Of a stretch of DNA of 64,000 nucleotides, positions 37,746 to 49,818 are shown in pieces. Each line of letters begins with the position of its first letter. Position 1 is the first letter of the stretch. Source of the DNA: Macrostomum hystrix (Eukaryota > Animalia > Platyhelminthes); the NCBI GenBank assembly GCA_950097015.1, contig CATNEN010000039.1, positions 6,634,001 to 6,698,000 of the forward strand, read 5' to 3'. The notes below the pieces were generated by a model that made no database searches, was not told where the DNA came from, and saw only the letters and a list, made by a program, of their open reading frames with translations. A program made the position numbers and the translations under genes.

Positions 37746-40700
37746 CTAGGCATCGCACTCGGAATTTGCGGCCTCCATTCTATGGTTGACCCTCTTTCTG
37801 GGCTGCGGTACCGGGCTCTCATTGGCTGTAAGGTTTTTTTAATACCGAAGAATGAACAGAGAAGCTACTGCAAGTATGCGATTAGTATATCTTGCAGTAG
37901 AGATTATAGAGGTAATATGTGGACAGAAAACTCACTGCCCAAAGTGGAGCCATCTGAGCAGTTTATAGCCTTTATGGCAGCCATCGGCTTCACGGATGGC
38001 TTCGGAGGCATGGTCAACGTTTTTGACGGTGGCAGAGATGCATTCAGATTCTCTGGCGACGAAGACGGCGCGCGAGACGTCTCGGGCGTCGCAGGCATCG
38101 CGGCGAACATACCGGCCATGCCTGGAACTGCCACAGCGCCTGCCGGGATGCGAAATTTGCTGGGAAGCGTCCCAGTTGTCACCGTCGAGGGCGGCGACTG
38201 CGGCTGCGGCAGCGGCGGCTGCGGCAGCGGCTTCTGCGGCGGCGGCGGCTGCGTTTGCGGCGGCTGTGGCAGCGGCGTCTGTGGGAGCGGCTTCTGCGGC
38301 GGCGGCGGCTGTTGTCTAGTTGGCAGACGTCGATTCCGATCGCCCATGGGCCGTCTGGGCAGAGCCTGTGGCGGTTTGACGTCAGCCGCATCCGTGTCAT
38401 CAGGCAGTTCGCTGGTGTCATCCGGCAGTCCATCGTCTACTGCGTGTCGATGCCGTGCAGTCAGGCTTGCTGGGAAAATTGACAGGGGTCGACCGCGGCT
38501 GCCACGGCTTGGCGGCGGTTGCAGATCAAATCCGGCACCAGCTAGCGGCCCTTCGGTTCGCGGCGACACCGGAGCAGCCAGGTTTCTTCGCAGGGTCGGG
38601 CCGAGGATTTTGGTCCGAAGCAGCGAGTTCTGGTGAGCGGCGAAGGGCGGGTGTCTCTGGTTAGTTGATTCAGACCTCCCATGTAAGGAAGTCAAAGGGG
38701 GAATTAACCCGTTCTTCTGAAGAAGGACCAGCTAGGGATATTGGCAGGTTCCTACCAGAGAGGGCGTCTACCGAGGCCTGGCGGGGCCGCTTTGGCGGAG
38801 GACGGGAGGCCGGGTTGGCCATCACAGCTCACCAGCGAGTCCAGCGACTGCTGCAGATTATGAATGACAACCTCCTGCAGGTAGCCAGAAATGGCCAGGG
38901 CGCTGTTGAGCTTCAGAACGCTAAAAAATTGAAGCGAATTTTAAGTTCGATTTTGCGGATTTAAAAATCGACTTTTCGAACCTCACACCAACCCCCCTGA
39001 GCTCGATTCAGGTAGAGATTTATTTGAGTGGTTTTCAGTATACTTTTGTGTACAGCGAGTGTGTGTGTGTGCCTGCCTAAAATATCCGTATACTTGCATG
39101 TACTCACAATGTGCTCACGGATTCGAACTAAGGACCTTTGTTTAGCCTTCACCCACGCGATTTAAAATAGAAACTGCCACAGAACTCACGACAGCTGAGC
39201 TGCTAGGGCCGGTACGGCCGAACGGCTTAGAGAATCGGCCACATCGCCGACACCAGCCTGGCAGCGGGCGGACTCGCTGCCCAGACGGGCCCAGAGGTTG
39301 TCGATCAGGCTTTGGTCGTCGGCGAAGGCGCCAGGGCAGGCGTCGGCGGCCCGGCGAAGCATTTCCGATTGTGCGGCGGCCAAGTCGGCGGACAGAGCCG
39401 CGTGCGACGGCGCCGGCATGTCAACGGTCAGGAAGCGGCGCGTCGCCGAACTGTCGCCGAGTTCGTCGCTGCCGCTGCCGCCGTTGCCTTCGCCCTGCAG
39501 GCGGATGAGCAATCGCTTGGCCGATTCGGCGTCCTCCGCGGCGAGGCGGCAGCGCCGGATGCTTTCGGCGATCTCGGGAACAGCGGCGGCGGAGGCGGCC
39601 GCGGTGGCTGTGGCGATAACAACCTCAGCCTGTGCCCTATAGTTATCCGCACTCAGCGAGTAGTTGCTGAGCTCAGCGTGCAGCCAATAGTCTCGCGAAT
39701 TCACCTGGATGGTGGAAGTCATGTACACCTGAATGCGAAATTCCAAAAGCAAATCGCGTTTCTAATTATATCCCATACTTAACGTCTATTTTGAGTATTG
39801 TAGTGACTGCTTAAAATAAGTCGAGTCTTCGCAAAATGAGCCAGTGCTACGGCACTGAACGAAACGAAAACGGGAGCGAAGCCCTCTAGCCGAGAATCAA
39901 ATATATGAACCAAGAGATAAGGAGGGGCAGAAGGGTAACACGAGTAAGGACGGGCCAGAGGGTAAGAGCTGAAGAGGAGGGGTGAGGAAAGAGAGACGAA
40001 CACCTAGCCAATCAGAAACGAGGGAAAGGAAAGAGAAGTGAAGGTTAGATAAGAAGCTGAACAGACAGAGGGAGTGATAAGAAAGTGCAATAAGAGGGCG
40101 CACGAGCGTAAACAAGCACAGAGAGAAGGGGGAAGTAATGACACATATCCCCATCTGATCACTAATTATCAAAATCTCGATTTCCAATATTCCCATCCGA
40201 TTTCGAATCCCATTGTCCACAACTAGCTTTATATTAACCCAATCTAAATCCCATTATCTTCACCGCAGGTTTTATCCTAAACAAGAATCCCATTATCCCT
40301 ATCAGATTTTACTTGAGATGCCCAATTGAGGCCAGTGCTCACCATTCGACCGACTCCTCGGTTGTTGCGCAGCAGGCCCTCCTGAAGCAGCTCCATGGCA
40401 TCCTGCAGCATCTGCTGGGAGCTGCTGCTGACGGTAGCCAGGTCGGACACCGGCAGCGGGAGGCGCAACAGAGTCCGGTTAAAGCGCAATGCGTCGGCGA
40501 GGTCGCGGAGGCCGGCGGCGCTGATTTTATTGCCGTCTAGCCGAACCTCTGTCAGGCTGGCGTTGATGTACAACGACTTGGCCAGGATGCGGGCTCCGAG
40601 GTCGCCTGCGAGGTTGTCGGTGATGTCTAGTCGGCAAAGGTTTTTGCACTGCCCGATGGTGTTCAGCAGGATGGCAAGGCTGCTGCCGAGCTTTGCGCCC

Positions 40701-43700
40701 CGGATCGACAATGAGGTTAAAGACTGCCAACGGAGACGGGTGAGGGGACAGAATGGTTGCTACTTTATAATTGGCTGGTTTAAAGCTACTCTGTGATTGG
40801 CTGTTGTATAGCTACTCTGTGGTTGGCTATTGGATAGCTACTCTGTGGTTGGCTGTTGTATAGCTACTCTGTGATTGGCTGTTGTATAGCTACTCTGTGG
40901 TTGGCTGTTGTATATAGCTACTCTGTGATTGGCTGTTGGATAGCTACTCTGTGATTGGCTGTTGTATAGCTACTCTGTGATTGGCTGTTGGATAGCTACT
41001 CTGTGGTTGGCTCTTGGATAGCTACTCTGTGATTGGCTGTTGTATAGCTACTCTGTGGTTGGCTGTTGTATATAGCTACTCTGTGATTGGCTGTTGTATA
41101 TAGCTACTCTGTGATTGGCTGCCGGGCAGCAAAGCGAAAAAGGGAATAAAGAAACTTAATTCTAGGACAATACTTACACATTTATCATCTGTAACCAGAT
41201 CTGAAAACTCTTGTATCACTTTTGGATCTCTGGAATTGAAAGATTCAGTTAAGATAAAAATGAGTTTAGTATAAGCGATGCGAAATGAAAGAAGCGAACC
41301 AAAATTGTCTTTTTTATACTCACTTTCTATTAGGGCCGCGATAGTTGTTGCCGCCGATGGCCAGATGACGAATGTCGCACCTGCAGATTGTTTCAACTAG
41401 CCGATTTAGCTCTACTCCAAAGTCTGGAACGAAAAATTAGCTGGCATTGTTAAAGAAAAGTACTTAATATGAAAAAAATCTAACAGAAATAAATAATGGC
41501 CTAAATTATCGTTAGAAGAAAAAAATAGTTTCCCTTGACTTAGGATTCGAACTCACGAATACTTGTGAACAAATTTAAGGTTACATAAAATAACAAAAAA
41601 AAATTTTGTGTGGGAGTTTTTCAGATTTGCTTGAGACTGCCCAACCCCAACCCCCAAGACACCAACCGTTATCGCTGAGGTCCAGAGACTCCAGCCGGCT
41701 GATGCGATAGTTCTGCAGGCAGGAGCGCAGTATCTGGGCGCCGCCCGGGCCAAAATCGTTGCCGGCTAGCTCCAGGCTGAGGCCACCACCGCCGCCGCCG
41801 CCGTTGCTGAGGCCGACCAGAAGGCCCTGGGCGGCAGAGGGCGGCAGCCGGCAACGATTCAGATGGACTCGTCGAAGTGCCCGACAGGCGGCGAAGAATT
41901 CGGCCCAGAAGTCGCGGCTGTCGCCAATCAAAGTGGCCGCCGCGTCGTCACCTTTGGCGTTGACGTTGCTGATGGAGGGCCGGCGAATGAACATGCCGAC
42001 TAGCTGGGTTGGGTGCGAGCCCTGGGTAGGTGAGCTGTACTGATTGCCGCTCAGATCCAGGTGGCTCAGGCAGCTGGTGAGTTTGAGCAGCACGGGAACT
42101 AGCTGAATGGGGTTAGAGTTGGGTTAGGGTTAGTGTAGGATTTGGCCAGATTTACAGCCAATTGCCCAGCCTTCTAAAGGCGATGTATAGCTGTTCAGTC
42201 CGTGGACTGTGAGGCCGCCAAATACGCACCCCATGCATAAGTCAGATGGGCCTGTGTTTAAAGAAATGTTAAAGGAAACAGAGAATGGGGTCTGATTTGC
42301 AGCCGACAGCACAGCCGCAGCAGCTCGTATTGCGCAGCGCATCTGAAGGTTGCGTACGCCTTTTCAGTCCATTGACTGGGGCGGGGAAGCCAAACTCACC
42401 CTCACTTACCCAAGCAACACATTTAACAGCCGGGTGTACAGAAGTCGGAAATCGAACCCCTGACCATCAATTCGTGAGTCCGACGCTCCAAATAAGCTCC
42501 GAATACTTGCTATAATGAAGAGTAAAACAGAAGTCGCGCCTGCTCACCGATTCCAGAACCAGGCCGCAGTCAGCGCAGCTCAGCTGTTCCAGGCTACTGA
42601 GCTTGGTCAGATAGCACAACAAACCCTGCGGAATAGCGTGAGTTCACGAGAAATTCGAGGAGGCAATGAGTTTCATATGTTTTACTGCAACTACAAATCC
42701 TCCGCGAACTCACAGCTCCCATCTCATTCTTGCCTGCGCCGCTGCCGCCTCCGCCGCCACCGCCGGCGCCACCAACGCCGCAGCCGTCGATGCAGAGCTG
42801 GCGCAGCGGCAGCGGGCCGGCTGTTTGACCTACGAGCAGCTCCAGGCAGCGGTTCAGCCGCTTCATCGATAGGCCGCAGCGGGCCAGACTAAGCTTCTCA
42901 AGGTTTGGCGACAGTCGGGTCAGGATCTGGCTGAGCTGCTCGGGCACTGCTCAAACGGGTGGGTGATCGAAATAATTAAAGCAAACTGACGGGGGGTGAG
43001 TGGCAGAGCGGTAAACGCGTTTGCTTCTCGCGCCAAGGTTCCTGAGCTCGATTCCGCGGCGAGGCCACATTCGTTGGTGGCGCAGCCGCGGAGGGAAGGC
43101 TTGGGTATTGTCGTGCAAGTTACGCCCTTGAGGGCCAACCTCCAAGGCACAGTGAAAGTGTACACTGCCTGACGATAAAAAGTCAGGGCAGATGTACACA
43201 CCTGCCTGAGTGTGTGCCTGCATATATGGTATGTGTGTGTGTGTGCTCAGGAGTCAGCGAAATGGGCAGAATTGCCTCCTCACTGTACGATTGTACGATT
43301 GCCCGCAACCCTGCAATTATTCTTTTATTATAAAACAAATAGCGGTCTAACGCGTTCGCCTCTCGCACAAAGGTACCCGAGTTCGAATCCGAGTTCCAAG
43401 CTTGAGTCTAGAGTTTGTTAGGTGCAACGAAGTCTTACCAGTTTTGTCGTCGCCACCGGAGAAGTTGTTATTGGATAGATCCAGGCTGATCAGCCGCAGT
43501 TCTGTGTTCTTCTCAGCGGAGGCGGCAAAAACTCGCAGAAACTCGCTGAAATGAGGCGCAATCGCATTGTATCAAGTGTTGAACATACAATAATACAATG
43601 CGCAGGCTGGCCTACCATTTAAGATTACAGCCGGAGAAGTTCAGTTCCTTCAGGGTGCAGTTGTAACTCAGCAGGAAATCCAAACTTTTCAGAACCTTTC

Positions 43701-46700
43701 CCTAAAAATAGACGATAGTTAAACATAATTTAATTAGATTGATGCAATATAGACACCTAAGATCTACACGAGTACAATGCGAGATGTTTGTGTAGTAACA
43801 GAACTGATACAAAACTCATGTTTTGCCAGCCAGTACAAGGCTAGTACTAGAACTCAGGAACCAGTACCAGCTCCAGTACTAGAACTCATGAACCAGTACC
43901 AGCTCCATTACTAGAGCTCATGAACCAGTACCAGCTCCATTACTAGAGCTCATGAACCAGTACCAGCTACAGTACTAGAACTCAGGAACCAGTACCAGCT
44001 CCAGTACTAGAACTCATGAACCAGTACCAGCTCCATTACTAGAGCTCATGAACCAGTACAAGCTACAGTATTAGAACTCATGAACCAGTACCAGCTACAG
44101 TACTAGAACTCAGGAACCAGTACCAGCTCCAGTACTAGAACTCATGAACCAGTACCAGCTCCATTACTAGAGCTCATGAACCAGTACAAGCTACAGTATT
44201 AGAACTCAGGAACCAGTACCAGCTACAGTACTAGAACTCAGGAACCAGTACCAGATACAGTGCTAGAACTCAGGAACCAGTACAAGCTACAGTACTAGAA
44301 CTCAGGAACCAGTACAAGCTACAGTACTAGAACTCAGGAACCAGTACCAGCTACAGTACTAGAACTCAGGAACCAGTACCAGCTACAGTACTAGAACTCA
44401 GGAACCAGTACCAGCTACAGTACTAGAACTCAGGAACCAGTACAAGCTACAGTACTAGAACTCAGGAACCAGTACCAGCTACAGTACTAGAACTCAGGAA
44501 CCAGTACCAGCTACAGTACTAGAACTCAGGAACCAGTACCAGCTACAGTACTAGAACTCAGGAACCAGTACCAGCTACAGTACTAGAACTCAGGAACCAG
44601 TACCAGCTACAGTACTAGAACTCAGGAACCAGTACCAGCTACAGTACTAGAACTCAGGAACCAGTACCAGCTACAGTACTAGAACCCATGCTATAACTCA
44701 CGAATATATTCTAAAAATATTTACAAAATCCAGAAAATGAATCGTATTGCATACACAGCCAGCCACTAAGCACTCACATGGGAGTCCGGCAGCTTGACCC
44801 CGGAGCAGTCCAGGCTGCTGAAGTGATTATTGAAAGCCAGAGCTCCGATTGACGACGCAAAGTCTCCATAATCGAAGTGGGAGAAATCTAAAAGGCGGAA
44901 AGTGGACGCTCCCTGGGAGAAATAGATTGTGTCCACGTCCCACTTGATCTCCGGCTTAGCTGCCACACCCAGGTAGCTGGCAAAAAGGTCGTAGGCAGAT
45001 GAAAAATTGCCGCACTTGTCTGAATTGGCCGCTGCCTGCAAGAGCTCAGTTGAGGACAGATGCTGAGCAATCATGAGGTCGAGCTGCCACCGGGCCGGAA
45101 TGCACATTTCAATCAGACGCTGGCCAATCTGAGCATACGGGAGGTGGGGAGGCGCGTTAGTGCTCACGAGATAGCAACTCTGTGATTGGCTGTTGGACAG
45201 CTGCTCTGTGGTTGGATATTAAATACCTAATCTGTGATTGGCTGCTGAATAGCTACTCTGTGATTGGCTGTTGGATACCTAATCTGTGATTGGCTGTTTA
45301 ATACCTACTCTATGATTGGCTAGAATTCACAGACTCACTGTCCAATCTAAATACAGGAAGTGGGGAGGCGCGTTAGTGCTCAAAAGAGTCGAGCTAGCAA
45401 CAAAAGTACACAAACCTGCGGAAGGTGCAGTCGCAGGCAGGCAATGGAGTGGGTAATAATGCGAGCGCAGTCGTCCTGCGTGCTGCAGACGAACTGCAGA
45501 CAGTCGCCATTGGACAAGGTCAACTCTATGCGGCAGGCGTCGGTGTCGGGAACGTGGACCCCGCGAAGGTCCAGGTAGTGCACGCAGCGCTCCAGCTGCA
45601 GCTGGGCCTTGGCGCCGCTGCCCCCCGGCTGGCCCAGAACGTGAAAGCGGTCCGTGTAGAATAGCTGATAATGCAATGGTTAGTGGATTTTGACGGAACA
45701 GACGCATTCGTTTTGTTAATAATCTATCTAAGAATAGAATAAATAGATTCGCAGCCTTTCAAAAGCTCTTCATAAATATTCGGTAGCCGATATAGCTGCC
45801 AATTCTAAGATTATGACTTTTCGCTCAGGTATGACAACTGGCCCTGTCCTTACTCTAGCCCAATATCTACTTGTTATGCGAGTGCTAATCTACAGATATC
45901 ATAGTTTTAAGTCGAATAAAATTTAATCTAGAAGTCCACGCTTCAGGTAAATACACTTTCAAAATAACATTTGCGATTAAGGCTCTTAGCTGTGCATTAC
46001 AGGCCAGCATCTGCGTGTGGTATGTGCTGGTACTGGCTGTGGTATGTGCTGGTACTGGCTGTGGTATGTGCTGGTACTGGCTGTGGTATGTGCTGGCACT
46101 GGCTGTGGTATGTGCTGGTACTGGCTGTGGTATGTGCTGGTACTGGCTGTGGTATGTGCTGGTACTGGCTGTGGTATGTGCTGGTACTGGCTGTGGTATG
46201 TGCTGGTACTGGCTGTGGTATGTGCTTGTACATGCTGCGGTATGGGCAGGTACTGGCTGTGGTATGTGCTGGCACTGGCTGTGGTATGGGCAGGTACTGG
46301 CTATGGTATGTGCTGGTACTGGCTGTGGTATGTGCTGGCACTGGCTGTGGTATGTGCTGGTACTGGCTGTGGTATGTGCTTGTACATGCTGCGGTATGGG
46401 CAGGTACTGGCTGTGGTATGTGCTGGCACTGGCTGTGGTATGTGCTGGCACTGGCTGTGGTATGTGCAGGCACTGGCTGTGGTATGTGCTGGTACTGGCT
46501 GTGGTATGTGCTGGCACTGGATGTGGTATGTGCTGGTACTGGCTGTGGTATGTGCTTGTACATGCTGCGGTATGGGCAGGTACTGGCTGTGGTATGTGCT
46601 GGCACTGGCTGTGGTATGTGCTGGTACTGGCTGTGGTATGTGCTGGCACTGGCTGTGGTATGGGCTGGCACTGGCTGTGGTATGGGCTGGTACTAGCTGT

Positions 46701-46885
46701 GGTATGTGCTGGTACTGGCTGTGGTATGGGCTGGCACTGGCTGTGGTATGTGCTGGCACTGGCTGGGGTATGTGCTGGCACTGGCTGTGGTATGGGCTTA
46801 CCAGAACCTTGGCAGCAGTTTGCACAGAATTTTTCTTGCTGCTAGTCTCCCATTGCACGGTAATCCTGCAGTGCTGCTTATCCAT
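37746..46885 (-). CDS. CARMIL: CARMIL / LRRC16 family F-actin-uncapping protein (~1196 aa, 15 coding exons)
   Basis: Exons 46885-46802, 45664-45416, 45128-44778, 43701-43616, 43545-43439, 42946-42714, 42625-42548, 42102-41667, 41423-41324, 41229-41178, 40723-40313, 39704-39190, 38920-38833, 38656(or 38630)-37936, 37825-37746; phases consistent. CARMIL signatures: CGNFS..EIKWDVDTIY..LDFSH and LDITDNLAGDLGARILAKSLYIN..LLRNN. Pro-rich tail. Confidence 0.9.
40780..41120. repeat. 26-bp minisatellite (tagctactctgtgattggctgttgta), intronic
   Basis: About 13 units; same family, more degenerate, at 45170-45320. Confidence 0.92.
42991..43332 (+). mobile_element. tRNA-derived SINE (family 1) in CARMIL intron
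   Basis: A box, shared body with a 3' deletion, TSD-like taaagcaaa / taaaacaaa. Followed by a second tRNA-head fragment at 43340-43390. Confidence 0.9.
43830..44685. repeat. 32-bp minisatellite (ccagtaccagctacagtactagaactcaggaa), intronic
   Basis: About 26 units. Confidence 0.95.
46015..46798. repeat. 22-bp minisatellite (gtggtatgtgctggtactggct), intronic
   Basis: About 35 units. Confidence 0.95.
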
Positions 46886-47812
46886 GGTTGCGTCGAGTCG
46901 AAAATACTGCTGCTTTTAGCACAGGCCGCCAGCTGGATTGTTGTGAATGAGAAGACTCAGCAGTTAAACTTTTGAAGGCTGAAAATTAAACCCGAATATT
47001 ATAATTAAGTTTTCGCAGCAATATAGAAATAATTGTTAATCGGAAAAATCTATTATATACAGCTCATATGGTGTCCGCATAGTAGCATAAAAATATATAT
47101 TATAATAGTTTCGCTGCATCCTTAATGCTGAGTCTGCTCATTCTCTATACTCAAAGCGTACTTGAAAACTGCACATTTGCACGCTGCAGTGGCAACCCCA
47201 TATTGTACAGAGGCTGCTAACTTTGAGCACTGAGACACCCTCCACCCGAATTCTCTCACTGTAAACAGGTACTAACAATGGTAGGAAAGCCCACCTGGCT
47301 ACCTACCAGACAAACAACGGGTATGGGTATGGAATAGCTATTGCGTATTCAATTATATTTATCCAATTGAGTTCGCTGGAACATCCTTGTTTAAATACTA
47401 GCATCTCAAAACTACGATTTGTGATAAGTAATTAGTAATTAAAACAAATAAATACGGAATTCGTTTAGGCAATTATTTAGGTAAACATACAGTAACAAGG
47501 TTGCGCTGTACAGGAGTCGGTACCTCACACCGGTCAATGAAACGTCAAAGAATAGATCTTTTATTTATCATTATACGTCTAATCGGTTAATATGTTCGGA
47601 TTTTTCCAATGAGTTACATGTGTACTTGACTTCGTGAATAATAGGAAAAGCAATTCTTGCTTTTATTATGTTCAAAGTTACTTACGACGTAAATCTACAG
47701 AGAGTTACACAAAAAAGCTTTTAGCGGTTAATTATAGCTAAAACGTCAGAGGAGAAAATGCGTTTAAACTTCTAGACTTAAACCAACCAAATAATCACAC
47801 GTCCCTTTTAAG

Positions 47813-48262
47813 AAGCTGTTCAACCAATCAGCAAACCATACGTTATTTTATTGAAGCTGTTCAACCAATCAGCAAACCATACGTTATTTTATTGAAGCTG
47901 TTCAACCAATCAGCAAACCATACGTTATTTTATTGAAGCTGTTCAACCAATCAGCAAACCATACGTTATTTTATTGAAGCTGTTCAACCAATCAGCAAAC
48001 CATACGTTATTTTATTGAAGCTGTTCAACCAATCAGAGAACCATACGTTATTTTATTGAAGCTGTTCAACCAATCAGCAAACCATACGTTATGGTACCAG
48101 CTACAGTACTAGAACTCAGGAACCAGTACCAGCTACAGTACTAGAACTCAGGAACCAGTACCAGCTACAGTACCAGCTTTATTTTATTGAAGCTGTTCAA
48201 CCAATCAGCAAACCATACGTTATTTTATTGAAGCTGTTCAACCAATCAGCAAACCATACGTT
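47813..48262. repeat. 41-bp CCAAT-containing minisatellite
   Basis: gctgttcaaccaatcagcaaaccatacgttattttattgaa, about 9 units, interrupted at 48093-48178. Confidence 0.93.
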
Positions 48263-48478
48263 GGGTGCATCCTGACGCCCCAGACTTAGGGTCCCGTGCG
48301 GACACTCGCGCCCTGACGCAGGCCAGCACGGGCCCGCGTACTCTGACCCTCCTAGGTGCACCCCTCCGGGGAGTCGCGAGTACAACAAGAGAATCACACG
48401 TTTTTTAAAAGATGTACAGCCAATCAGAGAATCACACGTTTTCTTAAAGAAGCTGTTCAACCAATCACTTCCTGCAGT

Positions 48479-49818
48479 TCACAAAGCCTGGCTAAAGCCG
48501 AACAGCAGCATAACAATGCCCAGCAGTTTAGCCCACTGCCAGCTATATCCCAGGCGAGTGTTTGACTCCGCAGTCCTGATTATTCGCCGCAGCGCCAGCC
48601 CAGCAACCAGCAGGTGCGCCAAGTCCGGCAGCATGAGGCCAGCATTGCGCGAGTGATACATTAGGAAGGCCAATCGGCTAGCCCGGGCAGCTGGTGGCGC
48701 CGAGTCCAGCAGGTACTGATCGGCGAATCCACTGGCCAGGTGGGACCCTGCCAAGCAGAATATCGCCGAGAGCTTCAATAGACTGAGCTCCGCTTCGGGG
48801 CTGGCCAAGTGAATGACCAACGAGGCCGTGATCAGTTCTGTCACGTAGAAGTACATGTGATGCCTAATCAGACTGTACATTGGCGTCTTCTCATTCAGGT
48901 ACATAAGGTAACTCCACCAAGAGTAATAGCTGGGATAGATGTTTAGTAGGGCTAAGAAAACGTAGATCAGACGCAGTTTGCTAGGGCCATAGCGGGCAGC
49001 GCAGCTGATCAGACACTCGATGGCTTTGTACCATAGAAGGGCCTGAGGATTGAGGGCCAGAGATCACGACTTTAGTGTGCGAAGTAGAATTAAAGTGGGA
49101 ATATTTAAGATTTAAAACTCCCTTAGCTCACTTATCCCTGTCACATGGGATAAGTGTTCGCAAGGATTATAGGAGACTTGGGGGGGGGGTCGGTGGCTGA
49201 ACGGTTAACGCGTTTGCCTCTCCCGCCAAGGTCCCTGAGCTCGATTCCGCGGCGAGGCCACATTCATTTGGAGAGTCTTGGAGGCTTGTCGTGCAAGTTA
49301 CGCCCTTGAGGGCCAACCTCCAAGGCATAGTGAAAGTGTACACTGCCTGACAATGAGAAAGTCGCGTGCGTGTGCGTGTGTGCTCAGGAGTCAGCGAAAT
49401 GGGCAGAATTGCCTCCTCGCTGGCTGCGGGTCTAGTGTCGCGAAATGATGTGCCATTGCCCGCAGCCCTCCTGCAATTATTATTTTATTATTATAGGACA
49501 TTCACAACTCCCTAAGCTCACACATCGCTGTCACACAGTGGGACTATGGGAGATTCACAAATAGCTGAACTGTACAGCCAGTGCGCCTACCTGGCACACA
49601 GTGAGGCAGTACATCGCCAGAGTGCAGGAGTTGCTATTCCAGTAGACACTGTGATAAGCGTGCTGTCCAGGTGTCTCCCTGGAGCCCACGCTGATGGTGT
49701 CCCAGCACTCGCAGCCGGCGCATGTGGCATAGTTCACGTCGGACTTGGCAAACAGGCGTCTGGTGGCAGCATGTTGAATTGCTGGGATGCCGCAGAGTAG
49801 AGTCATGGCGGTTGCCAT
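48479..49818 (-). CDS. Uncharacterised multipass membrane protein (2 exons seen; 5' end uncertain)
   Basis: Exons 49818-49591 and 49042-48479, phase-0 intron. Several hydrophobic segments; motifs CECWDT, YHSVYWN, IYPSYYSWWSY, FYVTEL, GLMLPDLAHL. An in-frame acceptor near 49870 allows an additional upstream exon. Confidence 0.75.
49180..49494 (+). mobile_element. tRNA-derived SINE (family 1), intronic
   Basis: A and B boxes, shared body, TTA tail, ttatagga on both flanks. Confidence 0.9.

Noticed and set aside
37704-38636. 310-aa Gly/Cys-rich + strand ORF
   Set aside because: Antisense shadow of CARMIL's proline-rich exon.
45885-46919. Cys/Trp-rich (metallothionein-like) ORFs
   Set aside because: 22-bp intronic array; only 46885-46802 on the - strand is coding.
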